Position numbers and translations under genes: made by a program. DNA of 64,000 bases, from contig NC_134028.1 of NCBI RefSeq assembly GCF_964204645.1, forward strand, positions 7,812,001 through 7,876,000, given 5' to 3'. Below the pieces are notes generated by a model. It saw nothing but the letters and a program-made list of their open reading frames with translations, did not search any database and was not told where the DNA came from. Of this stretch, positions 1-12,601 are shown one piece after another; position 1 is the first letter of the stretch; each line of letters starts with the position of its first letter. This DNA comes from Tubulanus polymorphus (Eukaryota; Animalia; Nemertea).

Positions 1-386
1 AGTGACCCAAGACACAAAACTAAGACTAAGACGAAGGGTATTGAGCGTTTAAGATCTCACTTAAGCCAATGGACCAATTACCCAACGGGTCTATTTTGCG
101 ATTCGACCCAGCTATCCGTTTAATTATCTTTAAAGAATTTGGGATTCGAACCCACCGATATCAACGCACCAAAACGATTGAATTGAATTGACAAATCAAT
201 GATGTAGCGCGCGTCTCAACGTTCTCAGTTAAAGTTCAGTTTATCCAGTAAGGTAACGATTCATACTGCTATTTCTTGTATTAAATGTGAAAGCGGTTTC
301 AAGTCAATCTAACAGTCTAAGATCGACACACCTGTTGACTTTTGTTAGACACAATCGACAACTGTCAAGTCGTCAGTGCCTGGTGG

Positions 387-2869
387 TAGGGATTTCAGGT
401 CACGTGATCAAAATGTGTCATAATTAGCGTTTTCCTCGCTTCAAATTTTTATTCACTCACAAAAAACGCATTTTATATCCGATTGAAACCAAACTTGCTC
501 AGTATGCTCAATTTACCGGTTATTTGTTGTGGTGTAAATTTCATGAGTGTATCTTGCGTAGTTACAGAGAAATAAATCGTAGTTCAGCGCGCATCGCCGG
601 ATTTCTAGGAAACAAAATGGCGGCCATGTTTGAACATGCATTTTTCAATCACGTGAAAACCACATGCAATTTTTTAGGTCAAATCCGCAAGCCCGCTGTT
701 GATTGGCTGATTATTTGACCTCGGAACATTTTAAAAACATTTCTCGGCTATAACGTAGTGGTGCGTACTTTTTTGCCCGGCCGTGTATTTGCTATTTTCA
801 AGCGATGAACGTATTTCAAAGCTTCAATATGCGAAAATTATAATAATTGACAAAAAGTACACCCATACGTTTCAAAATTGAATACTTAATTAATCATTTT
901 CTTTAATTACTTTTATGATTGATTTAGTAGTCTTTCGCGGATTTTGACCTAAAGTTGGCGAGGTGCTTAAAATTGTTTACATCCGGGTCACTTCCGGCTC
1001 CACACCGGCTGCCAGCTGATCAATTAAAACACTTCCTGGTTCGTTTTTGCTACTCTAAATGGCAATTTAGCAACTAAAACGACAATGTTACTCAATAAAT
1101 TCATTCTTTATTAAGAAATCGGCCAAGTATAAGTAAAATAATGGCTATCGAATGGCAAATTCTTTTGTATTTTCCAACAGAATCCAGGCCTTGTCTTGCT
1201 CAAATTTTTTCCCAAGCAAAAATTTACTTTTCCCAATCTCCTTTGCCTAATAAGTTGAAATATTCATCTTCACAATTAAAGGAAATGCTAGGATAGCTCC
1301 TGAAATGAAATTTACTTATTTGACCTTTTTTGACTCGAGGCCTCGTAGGCCTACCACTGCAATGTAACTGCCGCCAGTTGTGCAGTAGGCCTAAAACACC
1401 CAATCAATGGTTTTCAAGCCAAATGATGTTGGTCACCAAAATCTAACCTCTCATAGGCCTACGTAGGTCTATCCTCTTGATGTTGTGGAATATATTACTC
1501 AAAATCAGAAAAAAACTATATAACTAAGGCCTTGAGATTTTGCGTTTTAGTAAAAAAGACTTTCGGCTCCCGAAACCTCCATCAATAGGCAAACCAATAC
1601 AGCTTTGACTTTGATGACTATGAGGTACTAATGTTTCATGGGTGGCCATACTGATGAGTGAAACATTTTATGTTAGGATTATTTTCACTAATCGGCTAGG
1701 CCCTACGTTGTGAAATGATAGATGTGAACACGGATGTCCTAATGTTCATGATTGTGCATCTTATCTTCTGGGATCAATTTTTACAGACTAATACTTTGTC
1801 TAATACATTCAATTGAGCTAGTTTGTCATCATTCTTATTCAATAGAAGAAACTTCCAGGAAAAAGACCTTTCATTAGATACCAAACATGACATACTTTGT
1901 TGAAATTGGTCACTTCCGATGAAATATCGACATAAAACAAGATGGCCGCCTTCTTGTGAGCCACAATCTGAGATATCATGATATAGATATTTTTTCGAGA
2001 TGTCTTTTAAGGATCTCTGAAAGAATAACAAGGGTTTACACATTCATTTTAATACATTCATTTTTTCTGAACTTGATAAATCTTTTCAAATGATTGTCTG
2101 ATTCTTCTGCGGCAAGTGAGGATCTGAAAATATAATGATTATTATTAGTATCTGAGCATCTCAAAATGCAGGAATATGATCTTAGGAACATTGAGATATT
2201 CTAGAAGAGGAATTATTGTTAACAATATAGGCCTAAAGGCCATATCAAATGAGCTATTTACAATTCAGTGGAAGTTAATTAGATTCAAGATGGCCGCCTC
2301 AATACTCACCTTATGGTTACCACGGTAACCGGTATAACCTAGTTGTTCGATGTCTCCATTGCATTTACCTCAAAATTGATATTGGATGTATTCCAGTATC
2401 ATTTATCTTGAAAAAGAAACTCTCATATAGTGTATTAATGGTATTGTAGTATGTATTAATTAGTTAATGAGTATGCAAATTAGCCTAATTTACATATTTG
2501 CATAAATACTTCTAGAATCTCAATACTCTTTTTACCAACAACGTGCTGAGCAAGTTTGGTTTCAATCGGATAGAAATTTTGGGAGATATATAAGTTTTAA
2601 TGTTGAATTTACTACTTTAATCAGGCTAAAAAGCAGTAAAACCTAGACACTTCCTGTCTGACTCTTTAATTGGAAATGAACTAGAGTGTATTGCGCAATC
2701 GAATGACAAATATACCCCAAATTTCCACCCTTCAATTGCTTATAACTTTTGAACCGCTTGACCGATTTTGATTCTGTAAAGTGCTATATCCTTATGCTAT
2801 CCCCTTCTTCATTTTAACCTATTAAAAAGACACATAGGACACATAGAAATTTTCAACCTGAAATCCCTA
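387..2869. mobile_element. Non-autonomous TIR DNA transposon (hAT-like, TAGGG termini, 7-bp TSD)
   Basis: TIR TAGGGATTTCAGGT at 387 and its reverse complement ACCTGAAATCCCTA ending at 2869. Direct repeat CTGGTGG flanks both ends (380-386; 2870-2876). Internal inverted repeat ATCCGATTGAAACCAAACTTGCTCAG (~477) / CTGAGCAAGTTTGGTTTCAATCGGAT (~2546). No intact transposase ORF seen. Confidence 0.85.
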
Positions 2870-3194
2870 CTGGTGGGGTGGGAAGAGGGCTACCGCCGTA
2901 CGTACGTACCGACGTTAGGCGCCTAGACCCCTAGACCTAGTGAAAGTGAAACTGGAAAATAAAACTTTTTTGTTTTTTTTTGGAAGTGGATAATTGTGCC
3001 AACCAATGTTAATGGGTATGTATGTAGGCCCATGCGGCATAGTAAACGCTATTTCGTTGACACATGATAAGGCAAACTACTAAGAAATAATGAATACAAT
3101 TTGAGGTAGGGCCTATTCCAGCCATATCCGGGTTCAAATCCCGCTCTATGCTCCTATTTTCTCTATCTCTATTTTCCACACTTTCCTTGAATTT

Positions 3195-3245
3195 TGTAAG
3201 TTGCGCAGCGCAGTGTGCATGCTCGGCATCAATAAGCCAATCAGA
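3195..3245 (+). promoter_or_regulatory. Probable RNF216-like promoter region (NRF1-like GCGCA/TGCATGC motifs, CCAAT box)
   Basis: ttgcgcagcgcagtgtgcatgc at ~3200-3222 and agccaatcag at ~3235-3244, upstream of the acceptor ttcag (3544) that precedes ATG 3565. Motif match only. Confidence 0.35.
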
Positions 3246-3564
3246 ACGAGTCATTGGAAAAATAGCGTTAGGCTAACAGGAATAATATATAAAATAATTG
3301 GCAAAATGTCGCCACCCTAACAGGAATAATGCTGTGTTGGCAAAATATCACCTGCCTAATTCTTTTCACCTGACGATGCGTTAAGCCCACTATGATAAGG
3401 TGCTCAATTTAAGAAATTCAAAGAAGTAAGGGATAAAAAAATGGGAAAATTCGGGATTCTAACCCATGACATCAGATGACATCAGATGACATGGTAATAT
3501 CGGCCAAATATCACACCTAAGTTGTGCAATCTATTTATTTCAGAGGCAACAATTCGCGTAAACC

Positions 3565-6500
3565 ATGGCTGAAGAGGAAATTAATGAGCAATTACTCGTT
3601 GAAAACTTGATTCCGATATTTCCTCACTTGACGCGAGATGTGATCGAATTGAGCGTGCACGATCCGTCGAATAGGCGAGAACCTCTGCAGCAACAAGTCA
3701 TTTTACAGTCGTGCATCGACGATTTATTAGAAATGAGAACTTATACTTATAAAACGTTGTTAGACAATGAAGGTAGGATATAATTGTAGTCGGCCTAGTA
3801 CATACAGCTCATCTGCGGGTTCTCACTGAAATCTTTAGTTTAATCAGTTCAAGTATCTAGTATAGCTAGCCATTGTTACCGAAACTAGGAGTAAGCTATA
3901 AGATCAGGTCAGACAAGGTCTGTTAAAAAAGGTATCAATCAATATGTGTCTTTGAACGCTATAAAGACATTCTTGTTGTGTGAGCTCTTGACAATGAATT
4001 TTTTGGGAAGGGTAGAAAGTCAAATGTCTGGTGTTTGCGGTCTGTTGATTTCATCAAAAGATTTCTATTGCCTTCAACGTTTCGCGCCTACTAGAAATTT
4101 TAAGTTTTATAAAGTTGCTCGCCTATTTTGAATAAGTGCTTGGCAGTCAAGACCGAAGTACTTTGAATGATATTTTAACTCATATTTTCAGAGCGTTTGT
4201 TTGCCGAACCAGAAAACATAAGTGGAGATATCCTTAACCAGGAGGGTGATATTGCTTTGTAAGTTATAAGGCCGTTTAAGCTAAGTTGATATATCCAAGA
4301 ATTGCTCGATTTCAAATTCTATTATGGCTTATTGGACAACATGTTTCAATTTGATATGAGCTCTGTTTGCTTTTATAGAGCAAGTGCTTTAGTTCAGAGT
4401 AATAAAGACGGACTTGCTGACACTGAGTCACCCCAGGTACCAACACTATCAACATCTCAGCATTTAACTGCCATTTCAAGACGTGATGAAAGTATTCTTG
4501 CAGAAAATGCTGAACAGCCTAAAAGGTAAAGATTATAATAAATAAGTTGCACTGCAGTGGGTATCCATGTACAAAGCGCTCGGTAGTAAGCTCTAGTAGC
4601 AAGTCAATTTCTTCATTCGGTCTAATATTCTTTTGAAGAAATCAACTATATTGACATAATGAAACTGCTATCTGGTGAAAAAGCATCCTCTCTTGCCAGG
4701 GTTTGATTGCCTCCAATCAGCAGCGACATATCTAGCCAATCAGATGCATGGTATTGATATAGCAAATCTGCCAGTGAAAACTACATATCTGATCAGCTGG
4801 TGGTTGTTGAGCGGCAACCTGTCCACAAGAAATATTGGGCGGTGTAATAGAGCAATGAAAGGGTTACAGCCAGGGTTTGTTTTGGTGTGAGCTTCGGTGG
4901 GAGGCAATCAAACCTTGGCAAGCGAGTATTGTGGAAAAGCTGTATTGACGTGATGCCTAATATTTGCGGTGAGTCTAGTAACAGTTTTATCATTTGTTCC
5001 GTATAGCCCATCACTAGACAAGAGGAATGGAAGTATTTTATCTGAATGGGTAGAAAATCTACTGCTTGGAAACGATGAATCTCCTTCGAATTCTCCGAAA
5101 TTGAAGCCGTCGTGCAATGACGCCGAAGCTGTAATCGTGATCGACGAATTTGTGGACGTGGAAACGGTGAACAACGATTCGGTAATTGTTCTAAGCGATC
5201 GGGAGAAATCCGATCCGGAGGATCGAGAGATTGTTGAAATGCCGATGCAGGTAGATCGGATGTTGAGACGCGCCGATTTTTACAGAAAGCGCAGCGTCGT
5301 TATCCAGAAAGTGAATCGTTTGGTAGCGGAGAACAATGACAAAATCGCAAACCTCACCGAAATTAAGGTCGCTTTGCAGGAGGCGAAGTTTCTGCCTGAG
5401 GAATACGAACGCTGTATGGAGTTATTGACGAAACTGGATAACGGCATCGATATTCTCGTCAGAAAAAATGCGGTACCTTGTCGTTCGCCAGTTCGCTCCG
5501 CAGTTGCCGGCGGATCGCCCGTCGCGGTAGCCGAACGGCGTTCGGACGTTAAATTCGAACGGCGACTGCGATTTTATAAGGACGAAGAGCACCGCCTGAA
5601 AAATCAGTCGACACCTTTATCTCGATCGGAACTCTCGGAAAGACGTCGGCAGCGGTCGAAATCGTATGACGCTAAGAATAATAATAATAATGACAACGAT
5701 TTAGATCATCACAGAGCCGGGTATTCAGGTACGAAGGCAAAAGCGCCGGCGAGTGTAGGCAGAAATCCTGATCGCGAAGATGAAAATCAACACGAATCAA
5801 ACAACAGAACACGAAATAACGATTATTTAGACTTTGATCAGTCGCTTCCGTTAGATCTGAATGAAATTGGATCCGGACGTCGGAAAATCATCGAAGCAGA
5901 GCCGATAGTGTGGTCTCGAGCGACGCAAATAAATCCCACATTGCCTGCAATAAACACGCCTATATTACTAGAAAGCGAGCCAAAAAAAATGCATCTGGAT
6001 GAAGTGCCGTCAAACATTCCTGCTAGTCATTCACCACGTCACTACCCACCTCCAGTCAGAGCTCGGACTCCAGCTCCAGTGAAAGCTCCGCCTCCAGCTT
6101 CAGTCAATGCGCGGCCACCATCTAAAGTCAAAGCTCGGCCTCCAGCTCCAGTCAAAGCTCAGCCTCCAGCTCCAGTCAAAGCTCAGCCTCCAGCTCCAGT
6201 CAAAGCTCCGCCTCCGGCTCCAGTCAAAGCTCCGCCTCCAGCTAAAGTCAAAGCTCAGCCTCCAGCTCCAGTCAAAGCTCGGCCTCCAGCTAAAGTCAAA
6301 GCGCTGCCTCCAGCTCCAGTCAATGCGCGGCCACCAGCTGCTAAAGTCAAAGCTCCAGTCAATGCTCGGCCTCCAGCTCCAGTTAATGCTCCGCCTCCAG
6401 CTATAGTCAAAGCTCCGCCTCAAGCTGTAGTTAATGCTCGGCCTCCAGCCGCAGTTTATGCTCAGCTTCCAGCCGCAGTTTATGCTCAGCCTCCAGCCGC

Positions 6501-9461
6501 AGTTTATGCTCAGCCTCCAGCTGCAGTCAATGCTCAGCCTCCAGCTGCAGTTTATGCTCAGCCTCCAGCCGCAGTTTATGCTCAGCCTCCAGCTGCAGTA
6601 AATGCTCAGCCTCCAGCCGCAGTTTATGCTCAGCCTCCAGCCGCAGTTTATGCTCAGCCTCCAGCCGCAGTTTATGCTCAGCCTCCAGCTGCAGTCAATG
6701 CTCAGCCTCCAGCCGCAGTTTGTGCTCAGCCTCCAGCTCTTGTCAACATTCAGACTACAGAACGTAAGTTATTATTTGCCAACACTAACTAGTGTTAATT
6801 TCAGTTTCTTCGAGACGCATATTTTCTCTTTTGCAGCTAATGAACACCTCAGAAAAATGACTGCGGAAGTTGTGAGTAAAATGTTGAATAAAATTGGCTT
6901 GAATCTTTAACAACAAAGTTCACATAATCTTCATTCTGATTCCCACATATAATTGGCTACATTTTGTCATGATTTCCATTCATTATTCGTTTAATGATTG
7001 GTTCTCGGGCTTCCATGAGACCCTTATTCTCATACTGTCTGTCTGTATGTATGTCTTTCAGATACTTATCTTCGTTAATAGTGGGTCTTGGTACTTAGGT
7101 ACAATGTTAGTACGGGGGTCTAGTTGTGCAGTGCAAAGAATAGGCCAGTGCACCACCTAGCTACAGAACTAGCCACTAAAAACTCTGTTTTTCAGAGTCT
7201 TAACCTTGTAGCGTAACTGAGATACGGTGTTGAAATTTAAAAAATTGTCTAAAATTGATAAAATTTAGTTATTGGCCCTGGATACAGCATATCCAAACTG
7301 CAATGGGAACTAACTCATGGGAATTTTGGAGTTGCGTAATGCATACGTCAGTGACGACAGATTTGAGCCTGAGCCTGAGAACTGTTGTCGCCTATAGCTC
7401 GTTTCAAATGAAACAAACATGTTTTGTTTTCAGCACGAATTTTTCCCCGATGCACAAGAGGACTACATCAAAGAACAGCTCAATGTTTTCGGCTCGACGC
7501 AGGCTGTCTGTAATCATCTGTTGGAGAATAAAAACTATCCGAAAATCGAAAAAAGAAAGCCGAAGAAGAAACCGGAACCAGAGGTCTGTGAATTGAACCT
7601 GTAGCAAATCTCTCGATTAAATAACTATCGAAAGGTGCAGTGCGGCAGAATGAAAACCTCTGGATCTCTAGATGGTTCCTGAAATGATCCTTTTTGATAC
7701 TCAACGTTCTAGCTCGGAACGATAGCCAGGATTTTATTTGATGATTATCATAGAACAAAATACAGTAGAACCCGCTTAATTCGCATCATTTGGGACCGAT
7801 GATATTCAACCAGTTTACAGGAAATCCGGATTAACGCATTCACTCCGGAATACCCAAATTCAAGATCGCACGCAGCAGACGGAATTTCCGCCATTTTGGT
7901 TAACAGGGGATTCCCCCTCTGGTACTTCCCATGATCAATAGTGTCTATGATGTGTTGCGTAGGGAGTTCCATGGAATTCCCTCACATAATTTATGATACC
8001 AATGTTTACTTTCATTCTGATTGGTTAAAATCACGTGTAGTTTGAATGTAGGCAGTGTTTACATTTGTGATGTCATAAAAACCGCTCTCAGTTGCTTTCC
8101 GTATGCAACGGTAAATACTGGCGAGCCGCTGACAGCGGCTTAACGTAGTCATTGAGTTAAAAGTCATTTCTTTGTATTCATTAATGAACAAATACACTGC
8201 AAATATCGTCTGGATTAGACCAAAATCCGGATTAAGCCGATGCAGATTAAGTGGGTTTGACTGTATATAAAGATATATAACTGATTATACATTTAAACAT
8301 GACAATCATCAGAACCTCGGGTCGGAAATCATATTATGATTGTTGAGCCAATGCCTTGGAATTGATGAATCTCAGATATAAATATAAAAGATTTGAGTAT
8401 GGCAAATCATGCAATTTGTACAGTGAGAAGCATACAGAATTTTGGCTTAATCATAATAATGGTGTTGATTTGTGAGTGATTGTGTGATTGAGATGCTTTG
8501 AGTAGATTAAGAGAAGTCCCTACATAGGGACACCTTCATAGTTTCTTAGCTGTGATTTACCGAAGCTAACATAGAGGCCCATCCGAGCTCGACAGCTAGC
8601 TATTTCCATTCTTTTGATGATTCTAGGGCAATCTCTTTAACTGGCCGTAACTGCCGGATTTGGACCGGGTCTCTGGCTTTTGTAGTTTTTAATTTAAACC
8701 AGATCTGATATTTTTTTTCTGAGTTCGAGTTCATTATAATGGCATTTGCACTAATTGTTTACTCACTACGCAAAGCATATCATAACTTGTACCTAACTAC
8801 TAATTGCAGAAGCCTGCCGTCGATCCTAAAATAGATTTTTATTCATCGTCGCGTTCAATTACATCCGCTTATCAAACGCAAAGTCTCTTGTTGCTTAGAA
8901 ATGAGTTTAGGAAGGTATGTATGTTGTACTCGCTATATGAATTATAGATGACTTCGCTCATTTCGAATCAAAGTAGACCATTGACATTTTATCCAATGAA
9001 ATCCCAATTGTATGGTAAATACTTGTTTCTCAACTGAATACCTATAATTGTCGCGTGAAAATGAGCGAAGTTTTCTGTATTCTTAGCCCACTTGGGATCC
9101 AGCGGCCTATTGTCTTCATTTTTCGTCCGTTTGTCTGTCCATCCGTAGATGGAATCCAGTTATTTTGGAAAGTTTTGAAGATGCTTCAATGGACTGTTTT
9201 GATATTTGGTTTTTGCAAGTATCTACCCTAGACACATCTCTAGCCCACAAATTGACTCAATTAGATTTGAGATGGCCGACTGGCAACTGTTGTTTTGTTC
9301 GCCGACATAGCACTTTTTGCACATTCTTGAAGTTTCAGAGGGAAATTTTAAAGATGCATCAAACACTTATGTAGCTAATAAAAATGTTCTACAATTGTGA
9401 ATTTCAAGGTGTCAATATGTTCACCAGGGGGGCGTTGATTAGTGTAATAAACATGGTATTT

Positions 9462-9542
<81 letters not shown>

Positions 9543-12509
9543 TACCTAAACATACCTTGTTACCACAATCAATTGTAAAATCTTAACTTATTATATGTTC
9601 TACCATTGTAGTGAGTTTTAAGGTCATTGGTTTGTGCATATGTTCACCAAATAGCGTTGGATATTGAAATATCTGATTTTCAATCATTTCGCCAAGTGGG
9701 CATGGATGGTGTCCCTGGACTCCGTTTTGTTTCGACTTCAGAATTTTACTGCATGATTTCTCATCATATACCCCCTAATCAACTCATATTTTTGCATTAT
9801 CTCGTTATCTGTTTAGAAAAGAGATAAAAATTTCAATTGATTTTATAACAATTGCATGGTTCCCACTGAACAGGGAAATTGGGAAAAACTTGGGAATTTT
9901 TAAATAATAATTCCCGATTTGGGGATTTGAAAAATTTTCCTCAAATCAGGGAAATATTTGGGAAATTCATTACATTTCACATATTGCATTTGCCAAGGGC
10001 AACTTACTTCAGCAATTTCCCTTGAAAATCACCTTTATCAACCAGTCACCGCTAAAATGTTGCCTGTAACATGACGATATGTGTTCATTTCCATTTGGGA
10101 AAATTGAAAAATCAAACATGAAATACTTGGGAAAAACTTGTAATTTTGAATTTATATAACTGTGGGAACCATGCAATTGGCAAATCGTGGATTGAAGCTT
10201 GTTTCTCAATTTTATTTTTCATTTCATTTTCCATACATAGATTAAGCTGGATACACTGCGGTCGGCTCATGCTTCATTTAACTATTGCTACGCTCCGACC
10301 AGACGTGGAATAATTGACGCATTTCAGAAATCGGGCCTAACTTGGAATCCAGGTAAATATGTCGACTATAGCAACTTGCGGCCCACTAGGGTTTCGCCCC
10401 GATTCTGATTTAGAAAGTCTGTCATAATACAACCGTTGCAACAAAAAGAAATAGATTCGTAGAGGAGCTGTGTTTACCTGGTGTAGAATAAACTTGATCC
10501 TTAATGAATGTTTCTGAGAGTAACTTACTATTCGTTCTTGGTGGCACAAATTGTAACCGCAGGATGTACACAGCTGATGTTTTGTCTTTAGGAGGGAAAT
10601 CGGGTTGGAATTGATATGGCAAGTTCCGTCCAGCTGCTCCAAGCCGTTTTGGAACTTTACTGGGAGAAAATGTGCAAAATTTCAATGAATTTTTTCCCAT
10701 TCTACTAATCCATACTTGACATTGTTTCTTGATGATGACATCACAGGGAAAGCCCCTTAGAAAGGCTTCACCAGTGATGTCCTTATCGAGAATGTAGTAT
10801 AAATTGTTCAGCCATGTACTAGCGAGTCATGGGAAAACCCATTATCAAGTAGAACATGCTTACGACGTAGTGCACCATGACTTCATCTTTATCAGCGGTT
10901 TATTCAGTATTGCAAATCCAAGAACAAATTGATTTTTGTGCTCAAAATTAAAATGTACTCGGTTGATCCTCCTGGACCCATGGTCCTCTATTTAAGATGT
11001 AAAATATCAGGTAGATGGGACTTCAACTTCACAATCTAGGAATACAAATGGGTTTTTTAAAGCCTTCCTTAGAACACTCCTCATGGATTTTTGAACCTAT
11101 CCGGTACATGTTCAGTATGGCTTTCTTTCAGGGAGCACATTTACTACTTTTCGTCGCAATATAGAAGTAGCCGTTCCATCGGGAAAGTCTGTGATTCTTA
11201 CGGAGATCTGTTCTCAACGACCGATACTTCATCTCGGTAGCAAACTCGACCCCGTTCTACAAGCAGAAGTGAACTTTCTCAAACAAGAAGATGCCAAAAA
11301 CACACAGGTAAATTGTAATATTGATGATTTTTAATCTGAATTATTCAGAAGAGTGAGCTAATGCCTCATTTTTCTGTTCATTTTATATTAAGGTATGATT
11401 AAAATTTAGTGTATGTAGGGTGATATATGCTACGTTGCAGTGCTTTAAGTATATCATACCTACTGTTTCTTAAAACAACAAAAATGTATCTAATTATTCA
11501 CCTAGGCTCTTTAATCTTATTTCATGCTTATCGATTGATACTAGCTAGGATAAATAAATATGGTGGCAAGATAAATAGATTGTGTAGATAGTGCTATACA
11601 GTAGATATAGATTGTATGTAGGATAGAAGTTATGGTTACCCGGTGTACAAGAGCTGTATCAAATATATGCAATAGAATTTGAATCTGGTGAATTTAATCG
11701 GCCTCGAACCAAACGCATGATTCTGATGAAATGGTTATTTCGCACTGTAGGCAGCTGATCAGCGGTTGGCTGAAACGGTCAACGAGCAGCAATATCAAGA
11801 CGAGTCTCAGCTAATAGAATGCGGTTGTTGTTACGTCGATGCCCCATTCGAACGGATGGTTCAGTGCTACGAGGGTCATCTCTTCTGTAAAGATTGTCTG
11901 AAACGTTACGCCGAGGAATCAGTCTACGGCCAAGGCAAGGTAAACGTCTTGGGATGAAGATTTATTCAATGAAAACAAGTGGTATGTTTATTTTTGATGT
12001 AAGTCATTTCTCAAACCTGAAAAAAAATTATTTTTTTATCATATAGGCGAAGCTATTGTGTATGACAGACGGCTGTGATGCTACTTTCCCAACTAGTGAG
12101 TCGTTCATATAAAAACTCATTCAAAACAGGCTTTGGAGCTTTAGTTAATTCGTGCTTCAATTGCGTGATGTTTTTTCTAGGTCAGATTAACGCCGCTCTA
12201 CCGGAGAGCGTTCGAGCTCGTTACGAGGATCGAGTCCGAGATGAAGCAATCAATTTAGCGAAAATCGATGATCTAGTCAGGTTAGAATGCGGATTACTCT
12301 TTTATTGAAACTTAAGAACATTTTGGTTGTTTCACACTTTTTCAGTGACATTGATTAGTTCAGGGAATGCAGTGTTAATGAAAGAGTGGTCAGTTGATAT
12401 TTTCTCGTATTTTTCAGTTGTCCACACTGCGATTTCAAAGCTGTTTTGGATCCTCAAGATAAAGTATTCCGTTGTCTCAATGAAGAATGTCTACAGGTAG
12501 CTATTTCAG

Positions 12510-12601
<92 letters not shown>

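Noticed and set aside
140-165. GGATTCGAACC tRNA T-loop-like motif (also near 49146)
   Set aside because: No cloverleaf could be built; at most SINE fragments.
1625-1670. CTGATGAG..GAAAC hammerhead-like core
   Set aside because: No room for stem II (ctgatgag-t-gaaac) and stem I is poor.
1774-2043. Possible transposase remnant within the 387-2869 element
   Set aside because: No recognisable DDE, BED or hATC motif by eye.
6100-6910. Alternative-frame repeat ORFs (WSWR.., LQLQS.., MLSLQPQF..)
   Set aside because: Shadow frames of the 24-bp coding repeat.
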